Notes under the pieces: model-generated
Seen by the model: only the letters and a program-made list of their open reading frames with translations
What the model was told of the DNA's origin: nothing
Databases searched by the model: none
Assembly (NCBI GenBank): GCA_963713825.1
Contig: CAVQNG010000003.1
Location: 1,120,001-1,184,000 of the forward strand
Source: an uncultured Acidobacteriota bacterium
GTDB taxonomy: Bacteria; Acidobacteriota; Thermoanaerobaculia; Multivoradales; JAHEKO01
DNA length: 64,000 nt
Reading direction: 5' to 3'
Shown here: positions 42,278-51,912 of the stretch, one piece after another
Layout: every line of letters begins with the position of its first letter
Numbering within the stretch: position 1 is the stretch's first letter
Program-made: the position numbers and the translations under genes

Positions 42278-42790
42278 GGCGTTGGTGCATGAATCGGCGT
42301 TGGCCCCTGCGCTAGCATCGGCTCGGGATCCCGACCCATCATGGAGGTCGAGGGGGCTATGCCATGGCCGCACGGAAGTCGAGCCGAGTCAACCGCAAGT
42401 ACAAGACGAAGTACAGAATCCGGAACTGGAAAGAGTACGAACGCGGCCTCAGGAGCCGCGGCGATGTCACGATCTGGCTGAACGAGGAGGCGATCGCCGC
42501 TTGGACACCGCCGAAGACCGGTCTCCGCGGAAGCCAGCGACGCTACTCGAATCTCGCAATCTTGACCGCGTTGGCGCAGCGGGAAGCTGCTCTTCAGAGG
42601 ATTCGCAAGGTCGGCCGAAGAGAATGGCAGAAGGAGTCGGGATAGCGATAGCAGGCGCGCGCTGAGAACACTTTCTACCGATACAAATCAGCGCTCGGAG
42701 GCGGCCGGAGGGCGAGGAGAGGCACAGCGCAGACGAAAGAGGACAGGATCGGGTGTCACATCCTCAATCGGCTGGCCGAGCTCGGCAGAG
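42278..42790 (+). mobile_element. IS5-family (IS903-like) element with an internally deleted transposase pseudogene
   Basis: Left IR GGCGTTGGTGCATGAATC. YRIRNW.EY..GL..RGDVTIW joins directly to the C-terminal part W.KESG*...AENTFYRYK...ILNRLAELG, with stops. Confidence 0.8.
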
Positions 42791-42884
42791 GTGACGGGTG
42801 CTTCTCGAGCAGAACTGCGAGGTCGCTCGAGCGAAGGCCGAATCGCGTGACGGCAAGTAGCGTCAGTTCGACTCGGTCCTTGGG

Positions 42885-44522
42885 TCAGGCCGGGAGGCCT
42901 GCTGCGCGCAGGCCATCGACCAGGTCGTCGATGAGGGGGTCGATCTTGAGCGCCCGCCGCATTAGCTCTCCGGCGCGGGCCGCGAGGTCCGGTTTCTGCT
43001 TCATGGCCGCCGCGATGTGGGGTTGTGCCTCGTCGGTGCGACCGAGCCTGCCGAGCATGGCGGCCGTCATGGCGGCGTCCCAGTAGACGAGGAACGGCTT
43101 GTGCTTTCGGGTTTCGACCAGGGCCTGCTCGTACTCGCCACGCACCATGAGGTCGATGATCTCGCCCGCCCGGAACCAGGAGGGATGACACGGGCTCGCG
43201 GCGATCGCCCGGTCGAGCAGGGCGAGCCCGCGCTCGCGCTCGCCACGCAGCACGTGCATGTACCCGATCGCTCCGACCGTGTAGGGCGAGTTGGGGTTCA
43301 GCGCGAGGGCCGTCTCGGATTCCCCGAGGAAGCTGTCGGAGTCGTCCGCCAGGTAGCTCGCGTAGGCGAGGATCAACCGGCCGAGCTGCGACCCCGGCTC
43401 GAGGAACACGCCCCTGCGGGCGAACTCGAGGGCGGTTGTCAGCGCATTCTCGGAGCCGGTGGTGTCGAAGGACCACATCTGGCAATGGAGCGTCGCCAGG
43501 GCGGACCACACGGGACCGTACTCCGGCTCGCGCTCGGAGGCCGCCCGGAGGGCGTTGAAGCAGGCCTCGATCGAGTCCGACGATGGCGCGATCTGGTGAC
43601 TGTAGTACCGCAGCATCGCCTCGTAGGTCCGAAGATCGGCCGGCGCCTTCTTCCTCGACTCGGCCGACAGTCGCCGGGAGATGATCCCGAACTCGCTGGC
43701 GACGGCTGCGGCCACGCCGTTGGCGATCTGCTCCTGGGTGGCGATGAGGTGGCTCGCCTCGAGCGGGTGCGTTGACGCGTCGGCCCAGATCTGGCGGCCG
43801 TCGGCCGTATCGGTCAGCTGGGCGGAGACCTTGACGACTTCGGCGTCGCGCCGGACCGCGCCTCGCAGGATGAAGCGCGCGCCCACACGCCGTGCCGCCT
43901 CGACAGGATCCGTCGGGAACCCGGGTGGCTGTTGAGCCATCTGGCAGGTGATGACCGCGATGTCCTGGAAGCGGGTCAGGTCGGTGGCCAGTTCCTCGGT
44001 CAGCCCGACGGTCAGGACTAGCTGCTCGGAGTCACCGGTCAGGTTTTCGAACGGCAGCACGGCCAGGGACGGCCCACTGGCCACGCCAGTATTGCCGGCC
44101 GCGGTGCTTGGTAGCCGCGAGCCCTGTTCGTCGGGTGTCTCCGATCGAAGCGAGAACCGCGGGATGTAGCGTCCTTTCGGGATGTCGATCTGGATCGGGT
44201 CGCGGACGCCGCCGACCAGGTAGTAGCGCTCGAGGGCCCGGCGGAGACGACCCGCCTGGATGCGGACGATGGGATCGTTGGCGGCATCGAAGTCCTCGCC
44301 TCGTCCGAAGACGTTCACCGCGATCGTGTAGCCCTTGAGCCGATGCGACCGGCCGGCGAGCTTCTCCTCGACGACGAAACGCAGGAAGTCGCGCATCTTG
44401 TCAGTGGCGTGGAACTCCGGGCTCGCGAGGATCCGATCGAGCTGGGCCCGGACCTCCGTGTGGGGAAGGCCGCTTCGCGAATCCACCGTCGTCTCGTGTT
44501 CCTTCGAGCCCAGACCATCCAT
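42885..44522 (-). CDS. Regulator with N-terminal HTH-like domain, TolB-like domain and TPRs (adenylate-cyclase-associated type)
   Basis: QLDRILAS..F, LKGYTIA..VFGR..FD...DPIVR.QAGRLRR.L..YY, LAVLPFENL, TPRs. Confidence 0.8.
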   Translation of the reverse strand: MDGLGSKEHETTVDSRSGLPHTEVRAQLDRILASPEFHATDKMRDFLRFVVEEKLAGRSHRLKGYTIAVNVFGRGEDFDAANDPIVRIQAGRLRRALERYYLVGGVRDPIQIDIPKGRYIPRFSLRSETPDEQGSRLPSTAAGNTGVASGPSLAVLPFENLTGDSEQLVLTVGLTEELATDLTRFQDIAVITCQMAQQPPGFPTDPVEAARRVGARFILRGAVRRDAEVVKVSAQLTDTADGRQIWADASTHPLEASHLIATQEQIANGVAAAVASEFGIISRRLSAESRKKAPADLRTYEAMLRYYSHQIAPSSDSIEACFNALRAASEREPEYGPVWSALATLHCQMWSFDTTGSENALTTALEFARRGVFLEPGSQLGRLILAYASYLADDSDSFLGESETALALNPNSPYTVGAIGYMHVLRGERERGLALLDRAIAASPCHPSWFRAGEIIDLMVRGEYEQALVETRKHKPFLVYWDAAMTAAMLGRLGRTDEAQPHIAAAMKQKPDLAARAGELMRRALKIDPLIDDLVDGLRAAGLPA

Positions 44523-44704
44523 GTATTTATTCTCGCTCTTCCCGCGGAAGATTGCCGGATCCCGAGACGATACCAGGATGTAGGCTACATTCCGACCTCG
44601 TAGCACCCTACCGACAAACCTCCGGCGGCTCCATACTCATCGAAGACGATCGAGCGGCGTGCAGTGAGGATGCGACGTAGGGCAATCGTCGGGATGAGAG
44701 GCTC

Positions 44705-45007
44705 ATGTTCCCCGCGCAGGACACACCGGAACTCATCGCGAGCGCCTTTCCCGGTCGCGAGGCACTCATCGACCGCGCCTACCGGGAGAGCGGCTCGTTT
44801 CGCGACCTCTGCCGAGACTACCGGAGCTGTGCTCAGGCGCTCGAGCGATGGCGTCGGATGAACGGTGACAAGCCGTTATCGCGGGCGCGGGAGTACGTCG
44901 AGCTGCTGAGCCAGCTGGGCGGAGAGATCGGAGCTTGCCTCGAGGCCATGGAGAGCGTTTCGGGCCCACGGAGGGGATTGTCGGTGACACGCACTCACGA
45001 CAGCTGA
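44705..45007 (+). CDS. Small hypothetical protein
   Basis: GAGAGG RBS; FP....I......SFRDLC.DY; first gene of the DUF1254 cluster. Confidence 0.6.
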   Translation: MFPAQDTPELIASAFPGREALIDRAYRESGSFRDLCRDYRSCAQALERWRRMNGDKPLSRAREYVELLSQLGGEIGACLEAMESVSGPRRGLSVTRTHDS

Positions 45008-45026
45008 ATCGAAAGGGAGGAGAACG

Positions 45027-46463
45027 ATGCACCACAGACCATTTTCCACAATCGCCTTCGCGGTGATGATCGGCGCGCTTCTAGCGTGCGGTCCGACCGG
45101 TCCGGCCGCGGTCGCGCCGGAGGAGGCCCAGGCCTTCGCCAGGGAGGCCTACGTCTACGGCTACCCGATGGTGATGAACTACAAGACGCTCTACAACTAC
45201 GTGATCGACACTTCAAACCCCGAGTACAAGGGGCCGTTCAACAAGGTGGCCTGCGAGGCGCGGCTGTTCACCCCGGAGGACCGGGCGGTGGTGACGCCCA
45301 ACGCCGACACCCCCTACTGCATGTTCTGGATGGATCTCCAGGCTGAACCGCTGGTGCTGACCGTACCCGAAATGGAGCCGGAAAGGTTCTACCACTTTCA
45401 GCTCATCGACTGGTATACCCACAATTTCGCTTACGTCGGGACGCTGAGCACCGGCAACGACGCCGGAACCTTCCTCATCGCCGGTCCGGGCTGGGATGGC
45501 GCGGCGCCGGAGGGCGTTGACGACGTGCTGCGCAGCGAGACGGACCTCGTGTTCATCGTCGTCCGGACCCAGCTCTTCGGCCCCGACGACCTGGCGAGGG
45601 TTGGAGAGATCCAGGCGGAGTACACACTCGAGCCGCTGAGCGGTTTCCTCGGCACGGATCCGCCGCCGGCGCCACCCATGCGCGAGTTCCCGGTGTGGGA
45701 CGAGGGCGCCCAGTTCGATGAGCGGTTCTTCGTCTTTCTCGACGTCGCCATGGACCTGTTGGGGAACCCGGCACCGGGACGGGAGGACCTTTGGGAGCGG
45801 CTGGGCCAGCTCGGACTCGGACCGGGACACGACTTCGACTTCGCGGCGCTGCCGCCCGAAATCCAGGACTCCATGAAGGCGGGCCGCGAGGCCGGGTTCG
45901 CGGACATGGAAGGGTTCATCGAGGCCTACTCGCAGGACCCGCTCACCGGCGGCCGGATCTACGGCACCCGCGAGTTCCTCGCCGACAGTGCGGCGACGAA
46001 ATACCAGCTCGAGAACGCCGACCTGCTGCGTACGGTGGCGACCCACCTCGGCCTGTACGGCAACTCGGCCGCCGAAGCTCTTTACCCCGCCTACTTCGTC
46101 GACGCCGACGGCAGCCCCCTGGACGCCTCGGCCAACCGCTACACCATGACCTTTGCCGAAGGCCAGCTGCCGCCGGCGAAGGCCTTCTGGTCGCTGACCA
46201 TGTACGACGGCCGGACCCAGCTCTTCATCGACAACCCTCTCGACCGATACCTTCTGAGCTCCTCGATGCTGGATCAGCTAAGGATGGGAGAGGACGGCTC
46301 ACTCACCCTGTACATCCAGAAGGAGTCGTCGGGAAAGAACCACGAAAGCAACTGGCTGCCGGCGCCCGACGGGCCGTTCTATCTGGTGATGCGCCTCTAC
46401 GGGCCCGAGGCGGTTGCGGTCGACGGGACCTGGACGCCGCCGCCGGTGGAACCAGCGGAGTGA
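45027..46463 (+). CDS. DUF1254/DUF1214 lipoprotein
   Basis: LAC lipobox; A.EAYVYGYP, TPNADTPY, FWSLTMYD, NWLPAP.GPF.LVMRLYGP. Confidence 0.9.
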   Translation: MHHRPFSTIAFAVMIGALLACGPTGPAAVAPEEAQAFAREAYVYGYPMVMNYKTLYNYVIDTSNPEYKGPFNKVACEARLFTPEDRAVVTPNADTPYCMFWMDLQAEPLVLTVPEMEPERFYHFQLIDWYTHNFAYVGTLSTGNDAGTFLIAGPGWDGAAPEGVDDVLRSETDLVFIVVRTQLFGPDDLARVGEIQAEYTLEPLSGFLGTDPPPAPPMREFPVWDEGAQFDERFFVFLDVAMDLLGNPAPGREDLWERLGQLGLGPGHDFDFAALPPEIQDSMKAGREAGFADMEGFIEAYSQDPLTGGRIYGTREFLADSAATKYQLENADLLRTVATHLGLYGNSAAEALYPAYFVDADGSPLDASANRYTMTFAEGQLPPAKAFWSLTMYDGRTQLFIDNPLDRYLLSSSMLDQLRMGEDGSLTLYIQKESSGKNHESNWLPAPDGPFYLVMRLYGPEAVAVDGTWTPPPVEPAE

Positions 46464-46506
46464 TCCCCCGACCGGGGTCTTTGATGAGCAAGAGAAGAGG
46501 AGAACC

Positions 46507-47451
46507 ATGATGATTTCCACGGCATCCACATCGCACTGGAAGAGCATTCTTGTTGTGTCTGTCGGTCTGTCACTGGCAGCGGTTTCGGCCTGTGCTCGAA
46601 GCGATACGGACACCACCGCAAAGGCCCAACCACAGCCGGTACCCGTCGAGGAAGCGATCCCTGGTGAGAGCCTCGGGATCGCGTCCGTGGTGAACCTTCG
46701 CGACCTGGGCGGCTACACCACGAGCGATGGCGCGACTGTGGCCAGGGGGCTCATCTATCGCTCCAATCAGCTCAGCGAGATCCCCGAGGTTGACATGGAG
46801 AAGCTCGCCACCCTCGGGCTCGAGGTCGATTACGACCTGCGTACCGCTGCCGAGCGCGACGCCCGCCCGGACGAGCTGCCGCCGGGAGTCGAGTACGTGG
46901 TGGTCGACGTGCTGGCCGACTCGCCACAAGCGGGTCCGGCAATGCTGGAGAACTTGATGCAGGATCCCCAGGCGGCCAACGCGGAGCTCGGCGGAGGCAA
47001 GGTGGAAGAGGAATTCCGGGAGTCCTACCGCGGGTTCGTCTCGCTCCCGAGCGCAAAGACCGAGTTCAGCAAGATGTTCCACGGTCTGGCCGATGAAGAG
47101 AAACTCCCGGCGCTCTTCCACTGCACCACCGGCAAGGACCGGACCGGATGGGCCGCCGCGGCCCTCCTGACCCTGCTCGGCGTGCCGGAAGATCAGGTCT
47201 ACCAAGACTACCTGCGGAGCAACGACAACATCCTGCCGGCCTACAAGCACGTGATCGACCCGTTCGTCGAAGCGGGCGGTGACCCGGAGATCACGGCGGC
47301 GATCCTGGGCGTGAAGCGGGAGTACCTCGAGGCCTCGTTCGACGAGATGGAAACGAACTACGGCACCATCGAAAACTACTTCGCCGAAGCTCTGGGCATC
47401 GACGCCGCGGGGCAACAGGTCATCCGCGATCTTTATCGTCAAACCCATTGA
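46507..47451 (+). CDS. Tyrosine-protein phosphatase (Y_phosphatase3 family), lipoprotein
   Basis: NLRDLGGY, YRS, DLRT..E, HCTTGKDRTG, DYLRSN. Confidence 0.9.
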   Translation: MMISTASTSHWKSILVVSVGLSLAAVSACARSDTDTTAKAQPQPVPVEEAIPGESLGIASVVNLRDLGGYTTSDGATVARGLIYRSNQLSEIPEVDMEKLATLGLEVDYDLRTAAERDARPDELPPGVEYVVVDVLADSPQAGPAMLENLMQDPQAANAELGGGKVEEEFRESYRGFVSLPSAKTEFSKMFHGLADEEKLPALFHCTTGKDRTGWAAAALLTLLGVPEDQVYQDYLRSNDNILPAYKHVIDPFVEAGGDPEITAAILGVKREYLEASFDEMETNYGTIENYFAEALGIDAAGQQVIRDLYRQTH

Positions 47452-47558
47452 ACTCGGTCTCAATTGTCGGAGGTAGGCCCATGAATCAACGAATCGATCG
47501 ACAAACCATTCCTGGCGCACTGCTCGCAACGGCGGCTTCGGACCGGAAGGAACCCTCG

Positions 47559-48749
47559 ATGAGCCGGATTGGGTTGGTCGTCGTGGCGCTGTTGATCTCC
47601 TCGGCAAGCGTCTGCCTTCATGCCGAGGAGTGGGCGCCCTTCGAGGGCGCCGAGCAACTGCGCGACCTCGTCGCCGGCGCGACGGCAGAGATCGAGATGA
47701 AACCCGGTCACGTTGCGGTGGGCCAGTACCGTGCGGACGGGACCGCGACGATCACCGCCTGGGGCGAAACCTATGAGCGCACGTGGGAGGTCGTCGGCGA
47801 CGAGCGGGTGTGCTACTCCTCGCTCACCGAGACCAACTGTTACACCTTTGAAACCAGCGTCGACGTGCCGGGTGAGTACCGCGCGCAGCACGTCGAGACC
47901 GGAGAGATCAGGATCTTCCGCGTCACAGAAGCGGACTCGGAAGTGATCACCGCAGACACCGCGCCGGGAGGGGAGGGCGGTCTCGGTGCGCCGTCCGCGT
48001 CGGAGGTTGCTGCGGCGCTTTCCAACCCCAACACGACCATGGGCACGATGAACACCCTCTTCGATTTCGTCGCCTATGACGGCGACCTGCCGGACGCCGG
48101 CTCGCAAAGTGTGTTCCGGGCGACCTTCCAGCCGTCGCTACCCTACCCTTTGTCCGACACCACCAACCTGTTCGTGCGACCGCTGATCCCGATCATCTTC
48201 AGCCAGGATGTGCCGACCGCGGACGGTTTTGAGTCGGTGGGTGTCGACCTCGGCGACATCGGGTTCGACGTCTTCCTCGCCAAGAACCTCGCAGGCGGCT
48301 TCGTCGTCGGCGGCGGTGTGGTCGGAACCCTACCGACCGCGACCGACGACGCCCTCGGCCTCGACCAGTGGCTGCTGGGGCCCGAGGTGCTGGTGGCCAA
48401 GGTCCCCAAGTGGGGTGTGCTCGGTCTGCTGTTGACCCACCAGTGGGACGTCGCCGGCGGTGACGGCGATGGCACCAGCATCACCGGCGGCCAGTACTTC
48501 TACACCATCAACCTGAAGGATGGGTGGCAGATCAACGGCGCGCCGGTGTACTCCTACAACCACAACGCCTCGAGCGGCAACGCGTGGACCTTTCCGATCG
48601 CCGTCGGCGCCGCCAAGACGACCATGATCGGCGGCCGGCCGTGGAAGTTCAACCTCCAGTACTGGCACTATGTCGTCTCTCCAGACACCTTCGGGCCGGG
48701 GAACCAGATCAGGATGGGCATCTCGCCGGTGGTCGAGCTCCCATGGTGA
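47559..48749 (+). CDS. Secreted protein with a C-terminal outer-membrane beta-barrel ('neuromedin U'-annotated type)
   Basis: A.ALSNP, FQP.LP, LGDI, PTATDD.LG..QW.LGP, W.FP..G; extra N-terminal domain. Confidence 0.7.
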   Translation: MSRIGLVVVALLISSASVCLHAEEWAPFEGAEQLRDLVAGATAEIEMKPGHVAVGQYRADGTATITAWGETYERTWEVVGDERVCYSSLTETNCYTFETSVDVPGEYRAQHVETGEIRIFRVTEADSEVITADTAPGGEGGLGAPSASEVAAALSNPNTTMGTMNTLFDFVAYDGDLPDAGSQSVFRATFQPSLPYPLSDTTNLFVRPLIPIIFSQDVPTADGFESVGVDLGDIGFDVFLAKNLAGGFVVGGGVVGTLPTATDDALGLDQWLLGPEVLVAKVPKWGVLGLLLTHQWDVAGGDGDGTSITGGQYFYTINLKDGWQINGAPVYSYNHNASSGNAWTFPIAVGAAKTTMIGGRPWKFNLQYWHYVVSPDTFGPGNQIRMGISPVVELPW

Positions 48750-48969
48750 CCGGAACCGTCGACGGAGAGTGGATGACTCGATTTGAGAGCTGCCGATCCG
48801 CAGCGTGGCGGCTGGCGCTTCCGTTTGCAAGCGAACTTCGTGCTGCCGAAGTAGCGACCGGTGTCACGGGTATGAGTCCGCTGAAGGGAACCCTTGCGGG
48901 TCCGTTCTTCGCTTTGATGATGAATGAGATTGGCGTTGAGAAACGCAACTAGTGGATGAGGAGGAAGAG

Positions 48970-50460
48970 ATGCACAGCTATTTCAACGATACAACCAGGC
49001 GTCCTTGGATCATGCTGTCGGCGATGTGCCTATTCATCGCGTTCGCTTTGCCGGTGCAGGGCGAGACGCTCGATACGAGAATAGGAGAGCTCGAGTACGA
49101 GGCAGGCTATCCCACGCAGGAGACCGTCGAGAAGCTTTATGACGAGTTGGACTTCCAGCGCGCCGTTCAGGCCTATCTCTGGGCACTGCCGATGGCGTCG
49201 TACGGAGCCATGGCGGATGCCCACTGGGCACTGGGTGCCGACAGCCACACGGTGATCGTTGCCGACAAGCTGGCCGAGCCACGGCAGCTGGCCCTGACGG
49301 CCAACCAGGACACCGTCTACATGTCCGGCGTTCTTGACCTGCGTGAAGGGCCGATGGTGATGGAGCTTCCGCCGGGTCTGCTGGGGACGATGAACAACAT
49401 CTGGCAGCAACCTCTGGTCGACCTCGGCGGCCCCTTCTCGCCCGAACAGAACCGCGGGGGAAAGTTCCTGATTCTGCCGCCCGGGTATGACGGTCCCCTG
49501 CCCGAGGTCCATCACCACATCGCACGTTCCGACACCGACATCGTGGTGTTTTACCTTCGGGCCATTCCGAAAACGCGGGAAGACATCCCACAACTGGTCG
49601 AGCTGATCCACACCTATCGCCAGTACAAGCTCGAGGACGCCGCCAATCCGCCCGAGACCCGGTTCGTATCGCTGGCAGGCAAGGACGCCGACCTTTTGAC
49701 CAACGAGGGCTTTGCCTACTTTGAGACCCTGGCCCGTTACATCAATGAGAACCCGCCCCGCTCGCAGGACATGGCGATGCTCGGCATGCTGGAGTCGCTC
49801 GGCATCGCCCACGGGCAGCCCTTCGAGCCGGACGAGCGCATGACGGCCATTCTCACCGAGGCGGCCACCGTCGGGCGGGCGATGGCAGAAGCCCTTGCCT
49901 TTGCACCGAGAGTGCCCAGGGACGTCGTCTATGCATATCCCGGAGAACGCCGCTGGAAGAAGATCTTCTTCGCGGATCCCACTTTCCACGAACCGGAGTA
50001 CATGGCCATCGATCTTCGTACCAAGTACGCCTTCGAGGCGATCGGCACGGCGAAGTCCATGGTCGTGTCCGTGCCCGGCCAGGGCTCCCAGTACATCGGG
50101 GCGTACCAGGATGCCGACGGCAACTGGCTGACCGGGGACAACACCTACCGGATTCACCTGCCCATGGACGTGCCGGCCAACATGTTCTGGTCGCTGACGG
50201 TCTACGACAACGACACCCGTTCGATGATCCAGAACGAACACGGGCGGCCGCTGGTCGGCTCGGTGCATGGTGCCGTCGCCAACAAAGACGGCTCCTTTGA
50301 TCTCTACTTCGGTCCCAAGATGCCGGCAGATGTGCCGGAAGATAACTGGGTGCAGACAATGCCGGGCAAGGGATGGTTTACCTACCTGCGCCTCTATGGC
50401 CCGGAACTGCCGTATTTCGAGAAAACCTGGATTCCCGGTGATGCGGAGAAACTGGATTAA
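48970..50460 (+). CDS. DUF1254/DUF1214 secreted protein
   Basis: KLYDELDFQRAVQAYLWALP, TANQDTVY, FWSLTVYDNDTRS, GWF.YLRLYGP. Confidence 0.9.
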   Translation: MHSYFNDTTRRPWIMLSAMCLFIAFALPVQGETLDTRIGELEYEAGYPTQETVEKLYDELDFQRAVQAYLWALPMASYGAMADAHWALGADSHTVIVADKLAEPRQLALTANQDTVYMSGVLDLREGPMVMELPPGLLGTMNNIWQQPLVDLGGPFSPEQNRGGKFLILPPGYDGPLPEVHHHIARSDTDIVVFYLRAIPKTREDIPQLVELIHTYRQYKLEDAANPPETRFVSLAGKDADLLTNEGFAYFETLARYINENPPRSQDMAMLGMLESLGIAHGQPFEPDERMTAILTEAATVGRAMAEALAFAPRVPRDVVYAYPGERRWKKIFFADPTFHEPEYMAIDLRTKYAFEAIGTAKSMVVSVPGQGSQYIGAYQDADGNWLTGDNTYRIHLPMDVPANMFWSLTVYDNDTRSMIQNEHGRPLVGSVHGAVANKDGSFDLYFGPKMPADVPEDNWVQTMPGKGWFTYLRLYGPELPYFEKTWIPGDAEKLD

Positions 50461-50480
50461 ACACTGTCGGAGGGCATCGA

Positions 50481-50585
50481 ACCGTGCCGAACAAGGGCTT
50501 CGGCGTGATCCTTCGGCTCTACGGTCCACTCGAACCCTGGTTCGACAAGACCTGGAAACCAGGCGACTTCGAGCTGGTGGAATAA
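50481..50585 (+). pseudogene. Orphan C-terminal fragment of a DUF1214 paralog
   Basis: TVPNKGFGVILRLYGPLEPWFDKTWKPGDFELVE* parallels the end of the upstream gene. Confidence 0.75.
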
Positions 50586-50675
50586 GCGAGGAGAGATGAC
50601 GCCGCAGCGGTCACTACGCTGCGACGAACGATACGACCAACTCAGGAATGGACTCCAGATTCAAAGGAGAGAATC

Positions 50676-51677
50676 ATGAAGACACTAGCCACAACAATGC
50701 TGCTGGTCGCCCTCGTGGCGCCTGCCATGGCCGAGGACGTGACGGTCGACAACTACGTTCGGGCCGAGTCCGACCATATGATCCGCGCCAACATGAACAC
50801 CTTCGGCGTGGAGGTCGGCAAGCTGACCCATGTCCGCGAGCCCATCACGCCGGACAACCAGCCCGTCATCCGCATGAACCAGGACACGCTGTATTCGGCG
50901 GCCACTCTGGATGTCTCGAAACCGGTGGAGCTCACCCTGCCGGAGGCGGACGGGCGCTACATGTCCATGCACGTGGTGAACCAGGATCACTACATGTTCG
51001 TGGAATCGGATCCGGGGACCTACGAGCTCACCGAGGACTCCGTGGGCACGCGCTTTGCGTGGGTGGCGATTCGGACCTTTGCCGACCCCACCGATCCCGC
51101 CGACGTGGCAAAGGCCCACGCCGCGCAGGATGCGATCAAGATCAACGGCGGCGGCGATGGGCCGTTCGAGACCCCGGACTGGGACACCGAGGACCTCGCC
51201 GTGGCGCGCAAGGCCCTCAACGACCTCGCCGTGCTCGGCTTCGATGCATCCTACGCGTTCGGCCGCAAGGAAGATGTCCGCCCGATTGACTTCCTCGTCG
51301 GAGCGGCAGCCGGCTGGGGTGGGCTGCCGCGGACGGCAGCCATGTACGTGGTCGACAGCGTGAACAAAAACGACGGCGATACCCCGCACGCGATCACGGT
51401 GAAGGACGTGCCGGTGGATGCCTTCTGGTCGGTCACGGTCTACAACGCCGACGGCTATCTCGAAGACAACGATCGGGGCGTCAACAGCTACAACAACTTC
51501 TCGGCCGAGCCGAACGACGACGGTTCCCACACCCTCCATTTCGGCGGCTGCGACGACGGACGCGTCAACTGCATCCCCATCTCACCCGGCTGGAACTACG
51601 CGATCCGCATGTACGAGCCGGGTCCCGAGATCCTCGACGGGTCATGGCGCTTTCCGGCGCCGCAAGCGGTCGACTGA
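50676..51677 (+). CDS. DUF1254/DUF1214 secreted protein (short type)
   Basis: VTVDNYVRAESD, IRMNQDTLYS, AAGWGGLP, FWSVTVYN, GWNYAIRMYEP. Confidence 0.9.
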   Translation: MKTLATTMLLVALVAPAMAEDVTVDNYVRAESDHMIRANMNTFGVEVGKLTHVREPITPDNQPVIRMNQDTLYSAATLDVSKPVELTLPEADGRYMSMHVVNQDHYMFVESDPGTYELTEDSVGTRFAWVAIRTFADPTDPADVAKAHAAQDAIKINGGGDGPFETPDWDTEDLAVARKALNDLAVLGFDASYAFGRKEDVRPIDFLVGAAAGWGGLPRTAAMYVVDSVNKNDGDTPHAITVKDVPVDAFWSVTVYNADGYLEDNDRGVNSYNNFSAEPNDDGSHTLHFGGCDDGRVNCIPISPGWNYAIRMYEPGPEILDGSWRFPAPQAVD

Positions 51678-51912
51678 GAGAGGAATCCGATGGCGTGATT
51701 CAAGAGCTCGTCTCGGCAGGGTAGATTCCACCAATATCGGTGCCACCCATTAGAAGGTGTTTGTCAATCAGAGGCTAGTGTCTTGCTTTTCACCGCGCCG
51801 CGATCAGTGTGAGCTGAAAGATCCCTGACCGATTCTGCAGGTTTGGAATCCGGTATCAAGACTCCAATATCTCAATCATGCGCCAGTGGCGATCGAGTAC
51901 TATAGATGCCCG

